Assembly: GCF_902459465.1 (NCBI RefSeq)
Contig: NC_047062.1
Location: forward strand, 23,994,001 to 24,058,000
Direction: 5' to 3'
DNA: 64,000 bases
Origin: Asterias rubens
Lineage: Eukaryota
Program-made: the position numbers and the translations under genes
The notes under the pieces: generated by a model
What the model saw: only the letters and a program-made list of their open reading frames with translations
Databases searched by the model: none
What the model was told of the DNA's origin: nothing
Part shown: piece by piece, positions 22,736 through 35,602 of the stretch
How the letters are laid out: every line of letters begins with the position of its first letter
How positions within the stretch are numbered: position 1 is the stretch's first letter

Positions 22736-25110
22736 GATTAGTTGTTAGAACAACCAAAGAGGTAACGTAGAAGAGCAAATTTTACTACTATATTTATATA
22801 ATTCGTGTCTTTATTCGGTACAAAAAGGACATGTATATTAAAGCCTAGGACATTATAATCACAATCACAGAATTCAATAAATAATGAATAGCAATGTATA
22901 CACAAACAAAAAACAACGAAAAACAAACAACACAAACAAACACCCCAACAATCATCAAACAAACAAATATGATTGCTTATTACTTACTTATTTGTTAAGT
23001 TTTTTTAAAATGTATATTGCTTTTTATATGAGATCTATGGAGGTGGGGAATAGAACAAGAAACTCGGTCAAATTCTGTAGAACATAGAAATACATAACTC
23101 TTATTTATACGTCTATATCATTTTGCCATGAATCTGGTGTGTTTGATTATAGTGTTTGGTTTTGTATAGGCAGTAATAAAGGCTAATTCATGTATGGCGT
23201 CATGGCCGCTTTTGATCGGTATAATAGGTGGTGCTTCTTTTCATACCACAATAGCGTTCAATAAAGTCCGTAATTATATCAAGGCTGTGATTTTTCTTTT
23301 AAAGTATTTCAGACGAAAATATCTCTCTGCGGGATTGGTAATGGTAAAACTTCAGATTATTGCCAATTAAAAGTCTTACTGCTAATTTTAGGGCAAGTAG
23401 TCGGCCAGGTTACACGTCGCGTTGTTCTATTTTGTACCCGATATAAACAGTCATTCGATTTCACTTAATGCTCAAGCAATAATTGTTCTTTTGTGCCACA
23501 TGTAATAACAAATAAAATAACACAGCATTAGTTTTTCAAATGATTTTTTTTTCTTTCGAGAAAACATAGAATTACATTACTTTTGGCCTATGTTTTGCTA
23601 GGGATCTATTGGCACTTAAGGATTATAATGGCTTAATTTGGTCGTGCCATTCAAAATAAGCATGCAACGGTGATCTTTAAGGGCCTTCTCTAACCATTTT
23701 TCCTTGTGAAATATTTCCCTAGTGAAGGAAGCCATATATGAGAAAAACTCTAAAAACCTATCTTTAAATTAACCCCAAAACAAAACAGAACGATCAGCTG
23801 ATTTCGGTTGTTACATCCAAAATTACAACCATGTATAAATGCTGCAAAGTGGGTATGTATTTTTCAATATTACTCCTGACTCACAACACTGATTTAGCCA
23901 CAGAAAATGGTTTAATGACACACAGCGTGAACAGTGTGTGCGACTATTTTGTCAGCTCTAAACAATTCTCTAAAATAGGCCTCCCTTTAGTTTGACTACG
24001 TGAATTTGCTGTTTCAAACACAATCAGTTCTTTGTGTTATTATTACGAATGTTAATAAACGAATAGCGAACGTGTATCAATTCTGCAAGTTTGTTGTTTG
24101 TTGTGTCTTTTTTGTTAGTTCGTTTGTTTCTTTGCTTGTTTTTATTTTTATCAATTTAAAAAACAAAAAGTAGTAAATGGCCTGATGTTTCAAACCTAGC
24201 ACTGAGAGTCTTTCTCGAAGGCTAAACAAACAAGACAGATAACTAGTGTGCAACATAAGCAGCTAAGTGGAAAAAAATAGGCCTACACGAATGAGAGGGG
24301 GGGGGGCGGGGGGGGGGGCGTTGGTCTGACCCATTTCCGGGTTAGGATAACCCAAAAATATTTAGACTCGGATTCTGCGTCAGTTTGACCCATTTCTTTG
24401 TCATTTTGACTCGGATACCCGGTCAAACTGACCCAGAATTGGGCCACGCCCCACGTACTCTGAGCGCATATCTTTATTATCTTTGGGAGATATTCAGTTA
24501 GATGAATCAAAACTAGTTTACTTACGCATGACCAGTCGTTCGCAGGTAAATTTTCAATGGTTACCTGGCAGAGAGTTTACAGACTCAATGTCATTGCTCT
24601 ACTTCCAACGAGTTCTGCGCTTTGCGATCAACATGATTCGTTTACAGGGTAAGCGCAGATTGTACGCGCTATATAGCTAGCTGATATACTAGCTGTGTAG
24701 CTGTGTGGTCGAAGGGTGTCTAGTTTTTCATTGTGTGATGGACTGTGTGTTTTTTCCCGCGAGTTGTGTTTTGATAAGAGAATGCAGTTTGCTGAAGGTT
24801 ACCCATCCAACCAAACTGTTGATGTTTGCGCTTCTTTTGATGTTTTTCGAAGCCAGTTTGATCAATATCGTGGGTTGTCATGGCGATGCCTATTTTAGAA
24901 AAAAATAATTAAAAACGTCATCTGTTGAGGCCTGCATACATGTAACCTCGAAAGGCGAGTTGAATTATTATTATGTTGGTATCTCAGTTTCCTTTTTCCC
25001 CCTTAAAATAAAATAAGTCAACTTCAAGCTCGGGTTATGTATCGTTTTTCCTCGACGTTTAATATTGTATTAACTCATAGGAAACGATATAAGTCATCTG
25101 TGAAGTTTAA

Positions 25111-25488
25111 AGGCAGTGGACACTATTGGTAATTCTCAAAGACTAGCCTTCATAGTTGGTGTATCTCAACATATACATAAAATAACAAACCTGTGAAAAT
25201 TTGAGCTCAATCGGTCATCGAACTTATGAGATATGAATGAAAGAAAAAACACCCTTGTCACACGAAGGTGTGTGCGTTTAGATGGTTGATTTCGAGACCT
25301 CAAGTTCTAAATCTGAGGTCTCGAAATCAAATTCGTGGAAAATAACTTCTTTCTCGGAAAGTATGGCACTTCAGAGGGTGCCGTTTCTCACAATGTTTTA
25401 TACCATCAATCTCTCCCTATTACTTGTCACAAAGAAAGGTTTTATGCTAATAATTATTTTGAGTAATTACCAATAGTGTCCACTGCCT
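25111..25488. mobile_element. MITE family A, complete
   Basis: TTAA at 25107-25110 and 25489-25492; perfect terminal aggcagtggacactattggtaatt repeats. Confidence 0.93.
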
Positions 25489-26226
25489 TTAAGCTGATAA
25501 CATCGTCTACTTGTTTTAGAAAACAGCAAATGTCAAGATCACACGAAAATCAAATCCATCCACGTTTAGCGATGTGGCGGCGAGTACACAACGTGTCTAT
25601 GACCGTATCATTCGCGAACGGACATCAGCCTACGAATATCTCAGAAACGATTCATGCATGAACCGTTTCTCATAATTCAAATGTTTTGGGGTAAACATTT
25701 TCAAAACAATTTTACTTAAAAGAGAACCAACACTCAATAATTATACTACACAATACGTCAATGATTATACACCGCTAAAATTGAGGTCGAAGATGGATAA
25801 TTTAGAATAATAACCACACATGCTTTAACTGGCTGATAGTTCTGAAACATGAACTATAATTGCTTGATATTAAGAAAATGCATCGGCGGGCGTTTTTTTT
25901 TTCTTCGTTAGACTGAGTCTGTCACAGTGATAGATTGACTGTGTTTTCCCTGCTATGGGTTGAGTTTTGAGAAAAGAGAAAGCAATTTGCTGACAGTTAA
26001 CCGAAACAATGGTGGCACATACGCACACATGACACATCACTGCAATCAACAGGGAGTTGCAGAGTCTCAGGATAAATGTGGATGCCCTCACCATTAACGG
26101 TGGAATAACATTTATAAAGCAGGTTCATTTGTAACAGTTTTTTTTTAACTTTTGTGGTATTTAAAGGCAACCTTTCTTGAAATCGGTTTCACCTTTAAAA
26201 ATAAAATCTTTTAAAAATCTTTTTAA

Positions 26227-26541
26227 AGGCAGTGGACACTATTGGTCATTACTAATAAATAATTGTCAGCATAAAACTTCACTTGGTAACGAGTAATGAG
26301 GAGATGTTGATAGTATAAAACATTGTGAGAAACGGCTCCCTCTGAAGTGACAAAGTTTTCGAGAAAGAAGTAATTTTACACAAATTTGATTTCGAGACCG
26401 CAAGTTTAGAATTTGAGGTCTCGAAATCAAGCATCTGAAAGCACACAACTCCATGTGACAAGGGCGTTATTTTATGCATGTGTTGAGATACACCAAGTGA
26501 GAAGACTGGATTTTGGCAATTACCAATAATGTCCACTGTCT
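26227..26541. mobile_element. MITE family A
   Basis: TTAA-aggcagtggacactattgg on the left; caattaccaataatgtccactgtct on the right. Confidence 0.88.
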
Positions 26542-26959
26542 TTATAGATATCTTTTCTGGAGAACAAAGTAAGAATCGGGTGTACGATCCCAGCCGAAAA
26601 GAGGAGGATGTAGATTTAGTTTTCTATCCCTTTGTTCAAACCAATCGGTTAAGTTACCTTCATGGTTAGATTAGATACGTTTTCCCCTTGCTACGCAAAC
26701 AAAGCAAAAACGAGAAGTGGTCAATTATGTTGTCCCTTGAAACTGAAACATGACCAAAAAAAGTGCGATATATTGCTGACGAAATGGGGGATTTATCCAT
26801 TGATTTTGAATTGCTTTAACCTAGAAAAGTAAGATTGATTCGTAAAATCTAGAACATGTTTTTGCACAATTTGGAGGAAATGTTTCTATAGCAGTTTTCG
26901 GACTATAGGCCTACTGAGAATTTTAAGCTGTAAGTTTGAGAAATACCCCAAAATGCATG

Positions 26960-27550
26960 TTAAAAATGAACCTGATTTGATAGGTTTTCTCGGTCAATTT
27001 CGGAAAATGAGCAGCTTAATGAAAATGAGCAATTTAATTTTTGTTATCCATTATTTTTCGGGGACCATGGTTAACTGACGAAGACCTGATATTGTATTGT
27101 GTTTGAATGGGTTTAAAAATGTTTTTCTTGGTTTGTTTTGTAAGTATTTTGCCAACCACAATCTGTTTGCGTGTCAGACAGCTTGGCTTATTATGTTCAA
27201 GTGCCAACAAAATGAACCGCATGCCCTTAACATTCGTAAGGAAACAAAAAATAAACCTAGCGTTTTTTAGATTGCACAAATTCCAGAATTGACTGTCCCA
27301 AAATAAAATTGAATGACACGCCTCACAGAAACATCGACGAATTTGAATACAGCTTCATTAAATTGAATGATTATTTTGTTAAATCAAATAACGCAAAAGT
27401 ACATTTTGACTATAGTCTTAAACATAAATCGAATGACCCTTTTCAGTAGCATTCATTTTCGCGCGAAATTGATTAGGCTGGTGGTTAATTTAGCTGCTCA
27501 TTTCCCGAAATTAATCGAGAATAAACAATCAAAATTATTGCTCTGACATG
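26960..27550. mobile_element. Degenerate inverted-repeat element
   Basis: tctcggtcaatttcggaaaatgagcagc (~26987) is mirrored by gctgctcatttcccgaaattaatcgaga (~27492). Confidence 0.55.
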
Positions 27551-27558
27551 GAATTAAA

Positions 27559-28988
27559 CGTAAATGAGGTTTGAGCGAGCTCACGCACCGTGAATTTTAC
27601 GCTGTGTGACAGCTATACCCCTTGTAATCAAATAATTTGAGGGTGAAAATAAATCAAATTTGCAGCTTCTTCAGGAGATTTTTATTGAAAATATTGGCAA
27701 CCATATCATTACAATGAGGGCATTGTAAAACCACACTTTCCGTGCCAAACACATGACATCCTGTGAACATTCTCGTGTAATTTCCTAGTTGGTGGACTGT
27801 TGGTTTTACCCATTACTGGCATTGTTCAGCCACGGGTAAGGTCTCATCTTACAAACTCAGGAATACTCTCAAGTGATTTCGAGAATTGAGGGTTTATTTA
27901 ACAAAAAATTGAGAGTAAATAGTAAACAGAAATACAAAGCAACCGCAGCTTAATCACCTTATAACAGTAACCATGTCTTCTTAACGCACGTTTATATGCA
28001 GTACGCCGTGTTTGTTTACATTTTACCCACTATAGGTCACGTGAGGCACGGGGCGCAATCGGTCTATTGATTATGACCATGAAAACACCAGTTTTTTAAG
28101 CACCAACCCCCATAGCACAAAAACATAAAGCAACCGCAGCTTAATCACCTTTTAACAGTAACCATGTCTACGCACGTTTATATGCAGTACGCCGTGTTTG
28201 TTTACATTTTACCCACTATTGGTCACCTGAGGCACGGGCGCAATCGGTCTATTGATTATGACCATGAAAACACCAGTTTTTAAGCACCAACACATTAGCG
28301 CAGTGCGTTAAGGGTGCTGGGACTGTCTCAGTAACTCGGATCATCCGGTCCGGGTTCGAATACCGTCTGTCTCTAATATAGATTCAAGGCTTTTTGCTGC
28401 CCCTGATGGGACAGTGTGATTGGGATCTGCCTTGTTTTCTCCCCTAAAGGGACAGGGCCCGCGCAGTGGCTAGGGTTCGAGGCAGGGGGGGATGTGCTCT
28501 GGGTCGGATGCAAGTCCTGAAGGGTCCTATATGGCAATGGGGAGGGGCCAGTGTGTGCCATTAACTGAACCGGCGCCTGAATGCCTGACACTTCCGGAGC
28601 GTAACCTTTTATGATTTTCCACCAGATTAAATTTACATTGTTTTAATAAATGGCTTTATTTGTTTATTTGTTTGTGTTCGAACATCTCTAATATATCGCG
28701 GTACCCGCTGCCAAAACATAGGATTCGAACTGCCTCCAGCTATACCGGGCAACCTCGGTAGTCTAGTTGGTAAGACTTTGCTCTAGAATTGCAAGGGTCC
28801 TGGGTTCGAATCCAAACCGAGTAATATGCATGTGATTTTTTTTTCAAAGGACTCGGGAAAGCACTGAGTATACAGTGCTAACACACATCGGTGTATGGGT
28901 TTTAAACAAAATCAATTTTCTCTTTATTTTTATTTATTTATTTATAGTCTAAGCTCCACAGTGTCAAAAAATGCTTTAAAACATTTTT
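27559..28988 (+). repeat. Right arm of the ~1.44-kb inverted repeat
   Basis: Reverse complement of 15526-16968; includes two ~185-bp internal tandem units and two tRNA-like heads. Confidence 0.95.
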
Positions 28989-29352
28989 ACCTTACACTAT
29001 TTGCTCCCCTCAAAATTTTTACATGAAAATGTGCGGTAAGACGTGCTGATCATGAATCAGGGTGGTGTATAAATATTTTGACCCGGCAAAATGCATTTTT
29101 GGGTCAACAAACAAAAAGGCCGCCGAAACTAAATTGCTGGATAAACTTTGTTGAACAGAATATATGGTGAAAATTCACATGCGAATATTCTTACAGAAAA
29201 TGTGCGGTTAGACATGTTGATCATGAATCAAGATGGTGTATACAATTTTGACCCGCCGAAAGTGTTTTTTGGCTCAAAACAAAAAGAAAAAGGGCCACCG
29301 TTTTCGCCCTGAAACCATAAAAAAACTCCCATTGACATAAGAACAAGATTAA

Positions 29353-29691
29353 AGGCGGTGGACACTATTACTAAAAATAATTATTGGCATAAAACCTTTC
29401 TTGGTGACGAGTAATGGGGAGAGGTTAATGGTATAAAACATTAAGAGAAACGGCTCCCTCTCAAGTGCCATAGTTTTTCGAGACCTCAGATTTAGAACTT
29501 GAGGTCTCGAAATCAACCATCTAAATGCACACAACTTCCTGTGACAAGGGTTATTTTTTATTCATTATTATCTCGCAACTTCGATGACCGATTGAGCTCA
29601 AATTTTCACAGGTTTGTCATTTCATGCATATGTTTAGATACACCAACTGTGAAGGCTAGTCTTGGACAATTACCAATAGTGTTCACTGCCT
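29353..29691. mobile_element. MITE family A inserted in the ~345-bp repeat
   Basis: TTAA-aggcggtggacac on the left and gttcactgcct on the right; the satellite sequence resumes after it. Confidence 0.85.
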
Positions 29692-30276
29692 TTTATAAGA
29701 GACCGATTCAGGCCAAATTTGGCTGAAACTTAAAATATTAGGTTTGTACATTTAACATTTAAAATATATTCACAAACTCAAAATGGCCGCCGTTTGCATA
29801 AAAAATAGGGAAAACAATTTGTGGGAAAATGTTCAGGCAAATCTGGTTAGAAACACAAATAAGAATAAACTTTGTGGTTTCATTTACTAAATTATAATGA
29901 TGCAGATTTAGACAAGAACAACAAATTTAGCCCAGGTTTTTAGCGCATTCAGTTTCAGAGTCATATCCAAACGTACACAGCGACACACATTTAAAAAAAG
30001 AATTCATTTTTTCCACCAAATATTGTCTCCCCAGATTAGGCCTTGATTCCAACAAATTATGCACTATATTTTCGAATAGCTATATAGCTATGTAATACTA
30101 GGTACTTTCAATTGTTTTTAATCCACTTTGTTAGAACGCAGTTTGTTGAAGCGCCGAGAGTGCTTCAATTCATTCGCTTTTAGTTCGTATTACGTGGTTT
30201 TTAGTTTTTATGTCTTTAGCTGTTTTAGGGAATCACGTTGTGCTTCGTGGACTGAATGTTATTTTCAGCAATTGGT

Positions 30277-30634
30277 TATTGTCAAAGACAAGTCTTCTCA
30301 CTTGCTGCATTTCAACCTATGCATAAAATAACAAGCCTGTGAAAATTTCAGCTCAATCGGTCATCGAAGTTGCGAGATAATACAGAAAGAAAAAACATCC
30401 TTGTCACACGAAGTTGTGTGCTTTCTAATGCTTGATTTCGAGACCTCAGGTTCTAAACTTGAGGTCTCGAAATCAAATTCGTGGAAAATTACTTCTGTCT
30501 CTAAAACTACGTCACTTCAGAGGGAGCTGTTTCTCACAATGTTTAATACTATCAACCTCTCCCCATTACTCATTACCAAGTAAGGTTTTATGCTAATAAT
30601 TATTTTGAGTAATTACCAATAGTGTCCACTGCCT
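30277..30634. mobile_element. MITE family A, one end truncated
   Basis: Family A core plus right TIR gtgtccactgcct-TTAA. Confidence 0.85.
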
Positions 30635-31211
30635 TTAAGAATAAAAGTGTTAACCCTCTCGTATTTACGAAATTGTTGTCTGCCCATGAGCAACGTTTAT
30701 AAAACCGCACATGGTCACGTTATAATGACTTGCTTGTTTCGGTGTGTAGAGAGAAGATGATGAAGATTGTGTTTTTCTTTATTACCATAGAAACATGGAT
30801 TTAATCATTATCAGTAATAGGCCACGATAACAACGCAGGCCATCAGGTCATCTGTCGAATATCAAGATACCCGTACAATTATAATTATGATAAACGCAGT
30901 GGTAGTCACGTCACTACAAATCACGTCTGTGTCATATTATTTCCCATCGATTCGGACGGTTCACGGGTAGACAGCGGGTGCAGAGCAATTAAATCAGATC
31001 GTCAGTTTATAACAACTCAGGATTGCATCTAAGAACCCACAGTGTCAGTATTGAGTTCCATCTTTTTGTCATACCTCGGTGATGATCAACAATAAATGAT
31101 CCATAAACGCCATTGTAACCTTATGGTGATTATCAACAATAACAATCCATCAGTAACAAGTTCTCAAAGTCATCGGCGGACATCGACAAATTGTCAGTCT
31201 TGGTCTCGAAG

Positions 31212-31963
31212 ATGCTGGGGGTGATAAGCCTTCTTGGTTGTCTGATTGTAGTGTATAGCTCAGATCTTTGCTCCTCAAGTGCCGGATGTTGCCCTCCTTT
31301 GTGGCAATCCTGGGGCAACTCGTGTTATTATCTCACCCAAGCTGCTTCGACCTGGGAAGCATCTCGAACTGCATGTAGAGATTTGGGAGGTGAGATGCTT
31401 GCCCCTCGCTCAATCGAAGAGGCCAATTATATGTGGCAAATCGGTAAGATAGAAAGACTTTCCTACCTTTGGGTAGCTTGTAATGACATGGACATTGAAG
31501 GTAATTGGAGATGTGAAGGGCATGGGGAAAGTGTGATGTTCATAGAATGGGCAACGGGAGAGCCAAATGCTTATGGAAACGAGGACTGCGCCTTTATGGA
31601 AGTGCATAAATCTTCGAGTGTATACGATGGATCTTGTGAAGGTCCAGCAAAGGCCGTCTGTATTCGTGGCCAAGAAGTTTTCCCAGCCCAACAGGGACAA
31701 CCCAGCAGCAAGTCTTGCTTTACTATCGGCACTGACCAGCGTCTTAAAACACCTCATGCCTTGTAGATCACGTCATTGCACAGGTTACCACTAAGAGTAT
31801 GATGGAGTGCGCCTTGGCCTGCAGTAAGGAACCGAGATGTCGCTCCTTCAACATCAAGTAGACCGAGAAAGCTGACAAGAGGCTTTGTCAATTGAACAAA
31901 GCAACTAGCTCAAAAGACCCTGCCAAGTTCAAGTCAACTGACTCGCTCTGTATCTACTTAGAT
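31212..31963 (+). pseudogene. Second C-type lectin + PAN paralog: CTLD intact, PAN domain disrupted (ORF stops at 31766); pseudogene or truncated lectin
   Basis: Leader MLGVISLLGCLIVVYS and CTLD with EPN and EDC. Relative to lectin 1 there is a +2 A insertion (31746-31749) and an in-frame TAG at 31859-31861 in the PAN frame. Confidence 0.88.
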
Positions 31964-32041
31964 TGGTAAAACTCATACATCGACGGCTCCGCTTCATGAC
32001 TTCTTAAAACTATTATAACAATCTTGTAGTTTAGACATTAA

Positions 32042-32421
32042 AGGCAGTGGACACTATTGGTAATTGTCAAAGACTAGCCTTCACAGTTGGTGTATCTCAA
32101 CATATGCATAAACCAACAAACCTGTGAAAATTTGAGCTCAATCGGTCATCGAAGTTAAGAGATAATAATGAAAGAAAAAAAACCAACCTTGTCAAACAAG
32201 TTGTGTGCGTTTAGATGGTTGATTTCGAGACCTCAAGTTCTAAACCTGAGGTCTTGAAATCAAATTCGTGGAAAATTACTTCTTTCTCGAAAACTATAGC
32301 ACTTCAGAGGAAGCCGTTTCTCAAAATGTTTTGTACCATCAACCTATTCCCATTACTCGTCACCAATTAAGGTTTTATGCTAATAATTATTTTGAGTAAT
32401 TACCAATAGTGTCCACTGCCT
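32042..32421. mobile_element. MITE family A, complete, ~80 bp downstream of lectin 2
   Basis: TTAA at 32038-32041 and 32422-32425 with full TIRs. Confidence 0.93.
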
Positions 32422-32891
32422 TTAAGGCATACTTTGTCTCTATTGTAAAAACGTGACAGTGCATATTTTAGAAATCAGACGTGGTAAATTAAGGAAATTA
32501 CGAACAATGGTTGTTCTTGATTATGATTCTCATGGTGTACCCGATGTTGAAAACCGGCGGGAAATTGGAAAGTTGAACACTTGGAGAAAACTTATCAAAG
32601 GGGAAAACTCATCAACAAATTATATGTTGAAATCCGTCCAAAACCTGGCGGAGACTCTATATTAAATAGGGGGGAAGATGTATCAAAGCATTGATCGCTA
32701 CTTTATTTAAAATAAAATAAATTTTGCAATTCTGCCTAAAAGAAGAAACTTAAAGGAGACTAGTCGAAAATGTAAACAAAGAAAAAGCTGAGACCCCTTG
32801 TTTTTGACTTTCACAAAAGTGAGATTGTGAGTGTGGATAATATAATATAATATAATGGGTCATACAATTAAAATAAGGCTTGTACAGTTAA

Positions 32892-33272
32892 AGGCAGTGG
32901 ATACTATTGGTAATTACTCAAAATAATTGTTAGTATAAAAATGTACTAACCAGCAATGGAGAGGTGTTGATAGTATAAAACATTGTGAAACATTGTGAGA
33001 AACGGATCCCTTTGAAGTAACGTAAATTTCGAGAGAGAAGTAATTTCCACAAATTTGGCTTCGAGAACTCTGAATTAGATTCTGAGAGATCCCGAAATCA
33101 AGCATCTGAAAGCACACAACTGTGACAGTGGGTTTTACCCATAATATTTACTCGCAACTTCAACGACCAATTGAGTTCAAGTTTTCGCAGTTTTGTTTTG
33201 TTTTGCATGTAAAGACAGACCAAGTCAGATGATTGGTGGTTCTTAACAATTAATCAAAGGTGTCCAGTGTCG
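32892..33272. mobile_element. MITE family A, diverged
   Basis: TTAA-aggcagtggatactattggtaatt on the left; degenerate right end tgtccagtgtcg-ttaa. Confidence 0.8.
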
Positions 33273-34468
33273 TTAACGTTGAATTTATTTTTATCTATCT
33301 GGTATTGATTGTAAGCAGAGGTCAACCTTAAATTGGGCATCTCTATATATTTCATAAAGCTGTTTAACAGAAATTCTGTAGCTTAGCAAATTTCAAAAAG
33401 GAAGAAATTACCGAGGCACAAGTACCAGCATTGGTAATTGTACGGTGTTCTAGCTGGTAACCATCTTGTTCTCCTTTTTTGGCTAAGCAAGAAGTTCTTG
33501 TGCTTACAGGCTTTATGAAATTTTTCCCATCCGGACTTTGTCTCTCGCGCAACTCCTTTTATAATGTCTAAAAATATTGTAAATATCGATTGCACTAAAC
33601 ATAGATTCTACACTGAGTGGGTGTCATCAACTTGATAGAGGGTCATGGGTCTTATGTTAATTGCAGCTTCTTATAATTATTATATATTTTGTACTGACCG
33701 TGTAAAAAAAGCCTATTATGTATTAGCATGGAGGTAGAAAACTACCTCTATGGTATATTTAAGTGACCGTGATTAAACAAAACTACAGATTTCTGCCTAA
33801 AACAATGACTGAAAATGATTCAAAATGAGAGTCTTTCTCCACTCTTGAAGGCTTCATCGTCGAAATCAGAAGCCGCTTGCTCTAAATCCACGATCACAAC
33901 ATAACCTCATTGGGTCAACGACACACTGAGAATCTTATCTTGTTTACACTATAAATCTACTTTTAGCATAAGATAATTTTGTGTCCTTTGTTAGAAAAAG
34001 GTACCTTTTTACCTTTCAAGGCAGAAGGTCACTCTATAAGTATAATATTGTACCTCAGAAAAGGTACAGGGTCCATGATCTGGGTTGATCCAAAACCACT
34101 AGCACTGCGTAACACATTAACATCATACACCTGATGATGCCCGTGTACAGAAGCAGCCTTAATATCGCACACAAAATATTGTGTCTTTGGTGAGTTGTAT
34201 TCACTTAATAATGTGATTTATTGTAGCCTACTTAATTAAATTATATTTATTTATTGTCCACGCTAAAGCTTGACATCCACTGGCCAAATACATAACTATA
34301 CACAATCAACATCTAAAACTATATAAATTACAAAATAGGAGAAGTTAGAAATACAAAGCAACAAAAGACCCGCACACTAAAAAAAAATGCACTAGCCAAA
34401 ACAACGCCAGCCGGTCACATGGGACATCAAGACAATTATAGTCAGCACGCCCTCTCTTACTGATTTAA

Positions 34469-34860
34469 AGGCAATGTACACATTGTTTGTTTTTTAACCA
34501 GGTCGATTGTTTTACTCATAAATGTAGTTGCATACAGTCAAATTAACCTGTGAAAATATTGTTTCAAAAGGTGATCGTTTTTTGGAGATATCGCCTAAAA
34601 CTCCATAGCGAGTATCTCCACGCAGGAAGAATAATTCATATTTAATACACATTCTGAGAAGCGTTACGCGGTACCGCTTCATATTCATATTTTTGGTGAT
34701 AAACAAAGTGCTGTCTTTTTACATAACCTTAGAACTACTTCGAAGTGAAATAATTCTCAAAATGCATTATACTATCCACTTCATTGAACTGATTTTAAAC
34801 GCAGATTTTCGCTCCAGAACCCCAACCTAAAAAAAAAAAATCAAATTTAATAACGTTTGG
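34469..34860. mobile_element. Further TTAA-type element (family C); related fragment at ~39345-39550
   Basis: ttaaaggcaatgtacac start; shares aggtgatcg.tttt and agcgttacgcggt with the 39.4-kb fragment. Confidence 0.5.
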
Positions 34861-35602
34861 GAGGAAATGCAGTCTTAATCACATGAGAAGGTCGCTTCTT
34901 TGGTCATTGTCATGGTTTCAACGTCGGTCACCTTTTGTGTCGGTAAATAACCTCGTATAATAATTAGTAACACGGGGCCCAACTAATACTAATAGGCAGG
35001 GGGGGGGGGTGAGAAATGATCGATTCACTGTCCGAATCCAATAGGGCGCTGTTCGCGTAGAAAAGTTGATTAGTTCCAAGTTCAATTTGCATTCATCACT
35101 CCGAATCAATTATCTTCGAAATATTCACACAAAGCTGCTGAAGTTTCCCCATGCAATCTCACTGTCAATATGAACGTTCCACGAACTCGACTGGTTTATC
35201 AGTATTATTGCCCAGCATTAGAAGCTGAATTTTGCCCAGAATATTATTAACCCTTTAATTTCTGTGTCATCGTCACGATAAGCATGGGATCCCGGGAGCA
35301 GCTAGCTGTTGATTATTCTAGTTGATTATTGCACACATTTTCTGGTAGCATCTCTGAATTGTAATACCAAACAGAATTTTTGTTTTGTTTTAGGAATGTA
35401 AATAGTTACATGGGAACGAAACAAAACATTGGAAATGCGCATTTAGGAATTAAGATTAGGGCCTAACTTTGACATTTTGGGTTGGGAGAGTATGGAAGCT
35501 TAGGCCCCTTTGGACATTTTGGTTCTGCATACGCCCATCTCCTCTTAATCTTTGTATAACCTCTTTCTCCACAATACTATCATCACCTTTAAAGGTACTA
35601 TT

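Noticed and set aside
28745-28825. tRNA-like sequences (also ~79-160, ~4185-4270, 28296-28363) as true tRNA genes
   Set aside because: A and B boxes are present, but I could not fold a complete cloverleaf, and each continues into a repeat body with dispersed copies. These are SINE heads.
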